Below, in pieces: positions 25,607 to 36,962 of a stretch of DNA of 46,401 bases. This stretch comes from Reclinomonas americana ATCC 50394 (lineage: Eukaryota): NCBI GenBank assembly GCA_048213135.1, contig PS015054.1, positions 85,090-131,490 of the forward strand, written 5' to 3'. The position numbers were made by a program, and so were the translations under genes. The first letter of the stretch is position 1, and each line of letters opens with the position of its first letter. The notes below the pieces were generated by a model. The model was not told where the DNA came from and made no database searches. It saw nothing but the letters and a program-made list of their open reading frames with translations.

Positions 25607-27364
25607 ATGTTGTTGTTCGTGGGCGGCGCTGTTGCGCTGCTGCTCCTCGCGTGGGTACGTGACACACACGCACTATACACACATAATCACACAAGCAGAC
25701 ACACATACGAGCACACGTTCACGTAAGACGCGTGCCACTTCAATTTCGTTAATCGTGTGTGGCCATGGCGACTCTCGTTGCCCACCAACTCCACACACAC
25801 ACACACGCGCACACTCTTCACACACGTACACACATGTGCATCTCTCCTTGTTCTCTCCACCACTCGCTTCGCTGCCTCGTTGGAATAGACCACAAGTCAC
25901 ATTCGTCCACGTGTTCACATTCCTCCTCTCCCTCTCCCTCTCTCTGTCTCTGTCTCTCGCGCAGCTGGTGGTCGGCCTGTGCTCTCGTCTTCGTCACGTG
26001 GATGTGGTCAGCGGGCGGCTGCCGACCAAGGGATTCCAGGTAACAGACGCCAGGACTGGAGTCACCAAGATCGTGGAGGGCGTGCCGCTGCTGCAGTCGC
26101 CGACACTCTCACTCTCCGTCGTCATTCCTGCCTACAATGAGGAGGTGAGAGAAAGGGGAGATAGAGCGATCGCATTCACGCTGTCGCGGGGACCGATCTT
26201 CCGTCTGAACGGTGTTGTTGTTCCGATTGTGGATGAGCAGGAGCGCATCACTCCCATGCTGGAGGAGACTGTCAAGTTCCTGCTGCAGCGCCAGCGTCTC
26301 AACCAGCAGTTCCAGTTTGAGATTATTGTGGTGGACGATTGCAGTCGCGATCTGACAGCCGCCACCGTCGCCAAGGTCCGCTGCGATGCTCCAGTCGCTG
26401 ATTTTTTTCGGATGGCGACCTCATGTGTTTTCTGTGTGCAGTTTGCCGAGGCGTTGCCCGATGAGGTGATTCGCTCGTCCGTCGAGACCGAGTTCATTCG
26501 CGTGGTGACTGTGCGACCGAATGGTGGCAAGGGCAATGCCGTGCGCACTGTTGCGTCTCGTTGCAGTTGCACCTCTCTCCCCTGCAGCGTGTCTTACACA
26601 ATGGATCGCTTCAGGGAGCATTCCTGGCTCGTGGATCGCGCATCTTGATGGTGGACGCCGACGGTGCTACGCGATTCTCGGACCTGGAGTCGCTCGAGAC
26701 GGCGCTGACGCGCGTGGCCAAGTTTGATCGCAACGGCAACGAGAGGGGTATTGCCGTCGGATCGCGACACCACCTGGTGGAGGAGGCCGTGGCCAAGGTG
26801 CGCACTGCATTGTGCTTCTGTGCATGGAGATCATGGCCCGCTCACGTTGTCGATTGCACACAGCGACACTGGTACCGCAACATTCTCATGTGGGGCTTCC
26901 ACTGGGCGGTGCGCTTCTTTGGCGGCGTTCGCGACATCAAGGACACGCAGTGCGGATTCAAGCTGTTTACCCGCGAGGCCGCTCGTGCCGTGTTCCCATC
27001 GCAGCACTTGAAGGTTGCGTTCGTGATCGGGTGTGCTCTCAGTTGTCACAGCGCCCTCAATGTTGCATTTATCGCGCTTTGCAGAGGTGGTGCTTTGATG
27101 TGGAGCTGCTGCGTATCGCCAGGGCGTTTGAGATTCCTGTCGTCGAGGTGTCGGTGAACTGGACTGAGGTAAGAGTGGCGGCGTGGTTTGCTTGTGTGGA
27201 TGCCTGTGACTGACTGTCGCATGATCACGCAGGTCCCCGGCTCAAAGTTGCACGTGGCCACCGCCACAATAAGCATGTTCCTCGATCTGCTCACCATCTG
27301 GTTCGCGTACACCACTGGACTCTGGAAACCGCATCCGCGAGCATCGCTCGAAGTAATCTCGTGA
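25607..27364 (+). CDS. ALG5: Dolichyl-phosphate beta-glucosyltransferase (GT2)
   Basis: N-terminal TM; LSVVIPAYNEE, EIIVVDD, NGGKGNAV, ILMVDADGAT, IAVGSRHHL, DTQCGFKLFTR, RWCFDVELL, VNWTEVPGSKL. Confidence 0.95.
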
Positions 27365-27506
27365 TTAGTAGATATCAACAGAAGTGTGTCGCACGATGCC
27401 ACACTGCCCGACTGTGGTGGCTCTGTGGGGACGAAACTCAATAGCCAGAAAAAATGAAAAACGAAACAATTAGCACACGTATGTAGCCAATGAACATTCA
27501 CTGCCG

Positions 27507-29119
27507 TCAGCGACCGGATGGTACGAGAAGCGAGAATGCAGGGTAACTCCAGTCTTCGAACACGGTGGCACCGGAGTTGCCGGAGGCCACCAGCATCTGT
27601 CGCAGGAGGAGAGTGAGAGGACAGAGATAAGAGTGCCTATATGGAGAAAGTGACCAACCTTGTTGCCAGACTGGAGAGCCAGCGAGTACACAAAGTTGAC
27701 GTGCGTCTCTGCCGAGTGGTCCAGCTTTCCGTTCATCGTCCAAAAGTAAACTGTGCTCTCGTTGCCGGCGCTGATAATCTGTGGCGTGTGGTGGATGAGG
27801 AGCGTGCATAGGTGCAGGTAGGTGCAAACAAAAAGCACCCACCTGTCCGTCGCGTATCGCCACGCTGTTGGAGAAGCTGTTGGTCGGCAACACGGCGCAC
27901 ATGGTGGTGGACCCAGTGTCCCACACGGTGAGGTACGGTGCATCACCGCCGGCCACCTTTTTTTGGCGAAAGGCAGGGAGTGAGAGCAAGACAAGGCAGA
28001 TGATCTCGGCTCGTTGCGGCTCACCACCCAGTTGGCGCCCTCGTCCAGTGCGATGCACGAGACAGCCGGTGCTTGTCCACTGGCGTCACTGGCTTTCAGC
28101 GGAGCCCACGAACGCGTGCAGCGATTGGATCGCAGGTCTGCACCACAATCGTGAGCGGGAGAGAGAAGAGGAGAGACCAGGAGACGGAGGCTGAACACAC
28201 CCCACATGCACACGCTCCCGTCGGACGATCCCGACACCACGGTCGTTCCAGACGCTCCCGGTCGCTGTTCCCACCGCACACAGTGAGCCACACCGCGCAT
28301 CATCTCACGAGCCACGACACTCCCGCACCACCGACATCACAGCCTGCTTGTGCGGCCGCACCGTGTGCTGCAGCCGTTCCGCGTGCACATCCCACACATA
28401 CACCGAGCCATCGCCCACTCCACAGAACGCCAGCGACGGTGCATTCTACACGCGCAGACACACCTCGATAAGGACCGACCAACAACAACAACACCAACAA
28501 AGAGGAAACACGAAACCGCGGCCACTTGCACATCGTAAATCTCCGTCGTCAGCAGCGGCATTCGCGACGCCGGCGACGACAACACGCTGTGCTCTGCTCA
28601 CCATAAGACGAGCGCACACAAAGCCACACACACAAGACATGTGCGAAACTGATTGGTCTCTCGTCGAGTTGTCGCGGCACATGCCACACTGCGACTCCCG
28701 TCTCTCCTCCACTGCTCATCATCCAATCAATGCACGCACACAACACACTCACACATACACTCTTTCAACACACACCTCACAATGCACAAGTGCTCGTCTG
28801 TCTGCGCCTCCACACAGGCGGCGAGTGCATGCACAGCACCATCGTCGACCGCCCACGTGCACTTGGCCGCAGGCGCACTTGTCTCACTCACCGCCACATG
28901 CTCCTGCTCGCCTTCCCCACGCGACTCGTGCTGCTGTCGCCGACTGTGTGCATGTGCAGTGCTCTGTGTGACATGCAGTGAGTGCCACAGACACTCTAGT
29001 GAGAGAAAGAGAGTCTCAACTCTCATTGTCTGCACATCCCACGCCAGCAGTGTGCCATTCGCCGCGCCACACACAAACACAGAGTCGTCACTGGAGAAGG
29101 TCGACGAGAGGAGCTTCAT
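27507..29119 (-). CDS. THOC6: THO complex subunit 6 (WD40)
   Basis: FSSDDSVFVCG..NG.L..W, DGAVHAL, VVSGSSDGSVCMWDLR, NWVVAGG..YLTVW, IISAGN, MLVASGNS...VF..WSYPAFSL in the THOC6 order; start may lie slightly further upstream. Confidence 0.85.
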
Positions 29120-29251
29120 GTCCACTGCTCACAAGAAACAAAATGAATGTCAAATGGTTTCACTTGCGGGACTCCGTCTGTCGCTGTGATCGTAAAGTAC
29201 ATCACAGCGTAGACACAGAGAGAGAGAGGGGGAAAGGAAGGTGCGATGATG

Positions 29252-30670
29252 TCACAGGTTGAGCAGCTGGAGAGCTTGGCGAAGAATAATGTCGCGCGTC
29301 GCCTCCAGCACCGTCTCAATGTTGCGCGTGTCGGTGGCGCACGTGAACTTGCGATACACGGGTCGTACCTGGTCCGATATCTGTGCGCGGAGAACATGTG
29401 AGAGACCGAGAGAGAGAGAACAGTAGAACGTGAGGGGGCGCAACTGGGTTGCGCGAAAGGAAGAGCGATTCGATGTGGGCGGCGCACGCGTCGGGGTCCG
29501 AGTCGCTGCCCTTGTAGTCGGGAAACATCTCGGAGAACCTCGCCTCGCCCGACAGCAGCTTTTCCCTGAACAGGTCGGTCTTGTTGAAGAAGATGACAAT
29601 GGGCGTGCGGGCAAAGAGCGGATTGGTGACCGTCTCCTCAAACAATCTCAACGAGTCCTCCAGCCGGTTCGTGCTCTCGTCCTCCACCATTGTGCAGTCG
29701 AACCTGTCGCGCGCGTTGGTGTGAGTCGCTTCCAATGCAGCACCACCACGTGCGCGCCGCGTGGACACGCAACTCGGAGAGCGAGGTGACAAAGATAATC
29801 GCCGTCACATCGTCAAACACATGAATCCACTTTCGCCGCTCCGCACGCTGCCCGCCGACATCCAACAAGCGGAACGTGAAGCCATCCGACACAAAATTCT
29901 CCTCGGCAATGCCCACCGTCTTCACACGCGCATGCAACACATCCTGCTGCGTCGGCACATAATCCGGCGCACTTATTCTCGCCAGGTTCTCAAAGAAGCT
30001 GCGCAGGGTGAGACGTGTGCGTTTAACAAGACAGACGCCTCCGCGCACGCAACTACTCGGCCGAGTCGCCGACCTGTATCCTATTGCGCTGCTTGTACAT
30101 GAGTCGAATGGCCGGATCCTGCCACAGCAGCGCCATGTCGGCTGCCACCGCCGGCTCCAGTGCTGTGGCCATCTGACTGACCAAATGTGCATCACTGATG
30201 GTGGAGATGCGTTCGGCGGCCGCTGTGGCCTCCTCCGAGCTCATGTGACGCTCGAATTTCGCGCACCCCTGCACCAGTGCTCTCATGCACTGAATGGCAT
30301 TCGTGTGCACCACTGAGCGATACTGCGCGCACTCTTCCGGGCCGTACGCGTGCTTGTAGATGATCTTGACTTGGCGGAAGATGGTCGACTTGCCGCTCTC
30401 GCCCGCACCTGCGTGGAGAGTGAGTGAGTGTGCGGGAGTTTGTGTGTGAGTGTGTGAGTGTGTGTCACTCACCAAGCAGCAAGAGCTTCACTTCGCGGTC
30501 AGAGACATCGGACTCTTGCCGTAACGTGCGTGTGATCTCCGCGTCGAGCAGACTCGCAGGTGTCGAGGGTGCTACACACACACACAGAGTGAGACACACA
30601 CAATCAGACACACGCAACCACACACGCATAGAGAGAGAGACACACACACACCGCTTCCACACGCGCCCAT
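29252..30670 (-). CDS. Heterotrimeric G-protein alpha subunit (6 exons)
   Basis: MGACGS acylation motif, [50 protein letters not shown]. Confidence 0.97.
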
Positions 30671-30768
30671 GTCTGCTGTGTCGACGAGCTTCTCGCGCAA
30701 GGCTGTGTGTAGTGTGAGAAGAGTGTGAGTCCGCGAGCACAGTCATTCTGTCACCTTCTCTCACAAAC

Positions 30769-31242
30769 ATGAGCACGAGGGCGCCACTCGTTGAAAGCCG
30801 TCGCCTGCAGAGCCTAAGCACACTAAGCGACCCCTCACTGTTCACAGTGTACTCGGTGAGCTCGCCTCTCTCTCTCTCTCTCTCTCGGTCTGTCACACTG
30901 CCTCTCACTCACTGACTTTGCGCGCAGGTGTCGAGTGGCATGAACCCGACTCGCGCGCGCTTCCACTTGCTGCGTGAGGTGGCGGAGCTTGCGGATGTGT
31001 CGAGTGAGTATAGGCATGTGGTGCCAGCGAGTGGGGAGGACGATGGGGGCGAGGGATCAGTGGACTCGGACGAGGCCGAGGAGGCCGAGAGAAAGGCCAA
31101 GAAGAAGAGTGTGAGTGATGCTGGTGGTGGTGCATCGGCGAGTGGAGTTGCAAGAGAGGGCGATGAGGTGGAGGATGATGATGACGAGGAGGAGGACGAG
31201 GATGAGGATGTGGAGGATGAGGATTGGGCGGAAATGTACTAG
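30769..31242 (+). CDS. Small protein with an acidic C-terminal tail ending EDWAEMY (2 exons)
   Basis: ATG 30769; GTGAG...CAG intron 30856-30927 joins in frame to ORF 30928-31242. Confidence 0.65.
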
Positions 31243-31249
31243 TTGTCTC

Positions 31250-32312
31250 TTATGTCGTCGGCAGGGAGAACACAAAGAGTCGAGCGAGCTGGTTGATGGA
31301 CACAGCAGGTAGAGCACTGCTGCTGTCTCCTTCGCCTCCACTGCTGCTGCTGCTGGCATCGTCGGCTGTGTGCAATGGACATGCAATGAGAATCAGTCTC
31401 TTTTTTTTTCCCTCAGTCAGTGCACGTACGAGTGGTTGCCGGTGGTGGCACGAGCTCACGCACGTCGCACACGACATTCAGTGTCTCGGCCACCTGTCGC
31501 ACGTCGTCCACGCCGACCATGGAGCGCTGCACAAAGGTCAAGAGGAATCGGCGCGCGGCAGTCGTGGCCAGACACGCGCGCACAGTGCGAAGCAGTGCCG
31601 GTAGTGCCGCGGGTTCGTAGCTGCCGGCCGTACACAGAGCCTCAGTGTGGAGGAGGAAGACGGGGGGTGGGGGGAGGAGAGCGCGGAACGCAACATGAGG
31701 TCGGCCCCGACGAGCACATCGACACGCGACACGTCCTTGAGCACCTCCTGCAGCGCCGCCTCGTCGCCCCACGGCAGCTTGCGCACCAGCACGTTATCCC
31801 TGCCGCCACTGTACATGTCAGCGCATGCCCAACGACTTCTCCAAGACAGACGACAGAGACCGATGCGGAAAGTTGAGCTCGACATTGCGCCGCAGCACGC
31901 CCACCGATCCCTCATCGCCATCCGTGAGCACCACCGGCCCTCGCGTCAAGTGTCCACACAGCAGGCCGCACAGACCGACGCCGGAGCCCAACTCCAGCAC
32001 GCCCTCATCGCCCGTCGGAAAAATCTTGTCGCGATCGTCCGCCAGCAACAAATCGCACAGCAATCGCGACGCCGGCCACAGTACACGCGGGACATACGCC
32101 GCCACGTGCTGCAAGTGTCGCGGGAACGTCAGCAGACGAATCGGAGGCACTTGTCGCGACAAGACAATCGAGTGGCATTCGACACTGCCCATAGAATGAA
32201 AGTGAGTGAGTTGCTTTTTGCGATTGTGCATTCGGGCGTACCTCTCGCCGGCATCGTCAAACGCGTCGGCAAGAGCGCCAAAGAGGCCTTCGTCGTCGCC
32301 CACATCGCTCAT
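31250..32312 (-). CDS. Seven-beta-strand protein methyltransferase, METTL21/Methyltransf_16 family
   Basis: VLWPASRLL, VLELGSGVGLCG, VVLTDGD, LRRNVELN, LPWGD and spliced GADLIYEP; alternative ATG at 32333. Confidence 0.9.
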
Positions 32313-32377
32313 TGAGGCACACAATCCGTCCATCAAACGGATCCACTATTTCACCTTTTGTGTGAGAGAAAGAAGCG

Positions 32378-34953
32378 ATGACGCGGGCGGCGACACTGCT
32401 GTTGCTGCTGCTGGCCACGAGCCTCTTGATGGCCGTGCACGTACATGGTGAGTTGTCACTTGTTGTCTTTGTTGTTTTGTGTGTGTGCGCGTGCGGCACG
32501 CGGGATCACATGGGCGCATGCCACCTCCTCAAACTGACTCTTCTCTCTCTTTCTATGCGTGTGTGATTGATTGACAGGCATGTTCAAGGGCGTGTACATG
32601 GGCGTGGAGCGTGTCGAGCCTGGCGACTACTGTTGCGTGCATTGTTGTTGGTCTTGTTTTGTAACTGCTCTTCGTTGTCTCACTTGCTCTCTCTCTCACA
32701 CACACAGACGGGTAAACACGCCGCACTCACACACTGAGAGGCTGTGCTTCATGCTCACTCACTCACTCACTCACTCTCACTCACAGATGGGCGTTTCACA
32801 ATGTGAAGGAGGGCGAGTATCCTTTCCAGGTGACAGTCGTCGGCAATCAAACGTGCAACTCGGTGTTTGAGTGGGACGGCATGTCGCTCTCGCACCTCTC
32901 CTATGATCATCCCGAGTCCAAGGACTGCGAGCATGCGTCATACAGTTGAGCATCTCTTCTTTCTTTCTTACGCACACACATGCTCACTCGGCGACTGACA
33001 CGTGTCCGTTTTTTTCTCTACTTTCTGCAGTGGCGGTGGCTGCGGACTTTACGCGCACTGGTCTCGACGATGTGCTGATCACCAGCATCAAGGATGATGT
33101 TGCGCGCGCGCTCTCTCTCTCACGCACGCCCGCACACACACCTGTCTCTCACAAACATTGGTGCACAGGAGCCTGTCCACGTGATGCACTTTGCGCGTAA
33201 GCTGGTGGTCGATGCTGTGGAGATGCGTGGCGTCAAGAACGGCATGGCCTTCAATCGCGAGGCGGCTGCGCAGTACCAGTTCCTGGCCTCCACGGAGGAA
33301 GGACTCAAGTGCGTTCGATTTTCCTTGCCTGCGTGTGTCCTCGTTGGCTGACATTGCAGTGTGCGCGTCAGGGTGTTCGAGGTGGAGCAGGAGACCAAGA
33401 CGGGCTTCCACGTGGCGAGCAAGGACGCGACGGAGGGCTCGGGCTTTGCGGGCGAGCCGGCGAGCAAGGCCATGCTGGTGGGACCGTACACCTCGCAGCG
33501 TTCCGATGTGCTGGTGGGCTTCCGCCACTACAAGAACATGCGCAACGGACGCTACAAGCTGGTAAACTCCAAGTTCCCGGCGTCGGAGCGCGCCGCCTCG
33601 GCCAATGCGCTCTTTGCGCATGTGGACTTGCGCGACGGCAACCGCAACATGGCGATTATCGAGGCTGACCCTGAGCGTTGCGTTCCTTTTCGTCGTTTGT
33701 TGTTGCACTGCACGTCCGTCTCACACGTGCTGCAACGCAACAGACGGTCAGCGCTTGTGGGTGCTGGAGGACGACACGGAGGAGTACGTGAACGTGGCCA
33801 CGGGTGCCTTTGCCAGCAAGATGAACGTGCAGAGCGTGTGCGTTGCCGATTTCGACAATGACGGCTTCCAGGAGGTGTTTTTGCAGTTGAGTCCCCTATT
33901 CCGCTCACCCTTTCCCCCTCCAGCTTCCTTCCCTTTTTTTCCTTACCCGCATACACGCGCGCGCAGCAACTCGGGTGAGCCGAACCGCATGTTCACGGTC
34001 AAGGACAACAACCTGGTGGAGATCGACGCGGGTGAAGCGGCGGAGCCGGAGCGCCTCGGCACTGGTTGCGCCGTCGGTGACTTTGACGGAGACGGCTACC
34101 AGGAGCTGGTGCTGTCGCACCGCAACGAGACTGCACTGTTGCCGCCCAAGTACATGCGCAAGAGCGTGTACGAGCGCACCTCTGGCAAGGCCGCCTACGA
34201 CGCTATGATGAAGCAGAAGGAGGCGGAGCAGAAGCGCAAGTCCAAGAAGAAGCGCGACGAGGAGAACGGAGTCAACTCTGCGGACGACGAGGAGGAGGAG
34301 GCCAAGAAGAAGAAGGACGAGGAGTGGGTCGACAGCGACAAGGCGCAGGAGGAGAAGAGGAAGAAGAAGAACAAGAAGAACGCCGACAAGAAGAAGTCTG
34401 GCGATGATGACGACGACGCCGCCGCCGGCAAGGACGAGAACGAGTCGCCCAAGATCCGCAGCAATGAGGACGACGATGACGATGATGATGACGACGCCGA
34501 CGACGATTCGGACCCACTTGAGGAGATCTTCTACCACCCCATCACGCTGTACAAGCTGGTCAAGCGCCCCAAGCACCGCCGTATCGCCTTCTTGCCTCTG
34601 ACGCTGATGGGCGCACCGGCTCGCCACGTGTGGGTGCAACTGAAGGACACGGAGGGTGGCGTGCAGACTCGCGTCATTGACACGCACCACTCGCACCTGG
34701 GCGGCGAAGAGGTATGCTGTGAATAGAGTACTGTGTATGTATGTGTGTGCGCTAAGCTCGACAGTCTCTTACCTACTATTCTGATGCATCGCAGCCGATT
34801 GCCAGCTTTGGTTTGGGACCCAAGGCCGCGCTGGAAAAGATCAACCTGATCTACCCCACGGGCATGACCAAGGAGATTGCACTGGCCCTCGACCTCAACA
34901 AGGTGCACCAGATCTCGTACCCGCCAGACGCCATTATCCGCGACGAGCTTTAA
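32378..34953 (+). CDS. CRTAC1-like FG-GAP/VCBS beta-propeller plus ASPIC-UnbV domain protein, with a signal peptide, a K/D/E-rich insert and C-terminal RDEL
   Basis: MTRAATLLLLLLATSLL signal; ADFTRTGLDDV, ADFDNDGFQEVF..N..EPNRMF, GTGCAVGDFDGDGYQELVLSH, PLT..GAPAR, QTRVID....LG.EEPIASFGLG; ends IIRDEL-TAA. Confidence 0.85.
32708..32711 (+). other. 4-nt micro-exon (ACGG)
   Basis: Lies between introns 32632-32707 and 32712-32786; needed to keep the frame (YYGWAFHNV). Confidence 0.8.
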
Positions 34954-35375
34954 AGCGTTTGCTGCTAGTGAATCATTTTTTATCACGTTTCAAAAACAAA
35001 CAAGTATTTTAATTTTTTCGATAGTTTTTTTCTTTTTTCTGCCTCTCGCATATTGCTCTCCACCCAAGTCGTCACAGGAAACACCAAACAACAACAACAC
35101 AGTGGTAGTAATGGTGACGGAGTGCGGCCGGTGCTCAAGTCGACAGCGTGCAAAGCAACGACTCAAGAAACACGTCATTTACACGCATAAAAAACACGAC
35201 AAAGGAGTCACCGGCTCACCACACCACACCACCACACTACTCACTGAAAACCACAAACACAACAACGACAACTAGACCCGACAGACAGGGTGGAGGATGA
35301 ATGGCTACAAACCATTCACGGTTATACGAGTGGATATGTTTTTAGGATTTTGACCGGGATCCGGATTCCGTCCGT

Positions 35376-36882
35376 TCAAGGCGACTGCGGGGCCGCTGCG
35401 CGGGCGGGCCACTGCCAGGACTGCGGGAGAACCTTCTCCACCGCAGACGGCACCGAGCGCAGAATGGGCGGTGAGTGCCACAACAGCGGATCAAAGTCGA
35501 AGGAGATTGTTTGCGGCATATGTCGCGGATGGCCATTCCACGCGTAATACAACTCGTAACAGCGGTGATGGCTCTCCTTCAGCATCTCTTCGACAACCTC
35601 GGCCACGGCCTTGTACATATCCGGTCTGCAGCTCGTGTGAGAGAGAGAGAAAAGGGAGGGATGACGGGGGTAGTAACTCACCGACTCATGCCGCGCTGCT
35701 TCATCTCGGCCACAAAGTCATCAAAGGTCTTCGGGTCGCCGACGTAGCCAACGACCTTCTTGCGGAACTGCAGGTTTTCGTCCAGGGGCGCCACATCCTT
35801 CATGCCGGCGTGATACACGGGCAGCACAACGGGGCTCTTGCGGCCTTCGAGAATGGTGTCGACAATGAGACGGCCGACGCCGAGTCGGCATTTGCGTGGT
35901 TCAGAGTTCTGGTGCACGAAGCCTTCGGGGAAGATGTGGACCCACTCGCCGAGGGCCAGCCGATCCACGGCCGACTGCATCTCCTTCTGGTCCACACCGC
36001 CGCCTCGCCGCACCGGCAATCCCTTCAAGTTGTGGAACACAAACGCAATCGGCTTGGAGGTGAAGCACACATCGGCGGCGGCCAACGCCCACCGAATCAA
36101 CTCGCCATCCGCAATCTGGTTGTAGGGGATCAACGCCATCTGAAACGCCGGCTCATCCACCATTGAATCGTGATTCGACACCGTCAACAGACCGCGCCCA
36201 TCGCGATCGTCCATCATAAGCTTATGCAACCGTGGCAAGTTGTACACCTTCATCTGATTGATGTGCTGCAGAATGAACTTGGCCGTCCATCCCATTGACG
36301 CCATCAGCGTAAACCGCACAACATCCGACGCCACAGAAATCGGTTGGACATCGGGCTTGTCGCTGTTGTATCGCAGTGGGCTGTCACGTGCCAGCACCTC
36401 TTCCTTGCTTCTGTGCATCAGTTCGAATGCATATGACGTCAGCACATGCCACACAGAATAAGGAATGATTCACCAGTTGGCAACGACACACTGAATAGTA
36501 GTGAAGAGTGTGCGTGTGTCTATGAGAGACAATGCCAGACAGGAAGAGGGAGGACACGATGCTGTTGTCTGGCTTAGTAAGGACACGCGAAATGGCGACT
36601 CCATGGAGACACATGTCACCCACAAAAAACACCCCCTCGCACAGAACGCGGAGTTTCGGTGACACTCCGCCACACACTCCGCTTTTCCTCCTCTTCTCCT
36701 ATCTCACTCACTCACTCTGCTTGCCCTCGCTGGTGCTCGTGTTTTACACAACAGAAACGCAACGATGCTTCTTGTGATAGCGAGGCTGCCCATTGATCAG
36801 ACCGCCTCAACGGCGGTTGTGGGAACGAGCCCGACATGGCCGTGGCCATTGGCACGCGGCTGAACAGGCTGCCGAAGAGCAT
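35376..36882 (-). CDS. TAZ: Tafazzin-family phospholipid transacylase; 5' exons uncertain (core 35376-36410)
   Basis: GLLTVSNHDSMVDEP (HX4D), RWALAAADVCF, LPVRRGGGVDQ, GEWVHIFPEG, GVGRLI, VLPVYHAGM. Confidence 0.9.
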
Positions 36883-36962
36883 CTGTCTCCTCTCGCACAA
36901 TGCGCAAACGAACAATTGGTCGACAGGACGGCGGGACGCATCCATTTCCTTTGCTTGATTGC

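Noticed and set aside
25655-25963. Unusually long first ALG5 intron as a snoRNA or element host
   Set aside because: Mostly CA/CT microsatellite; no convincing C/D or H/ACA boxes or terminal repeats seen
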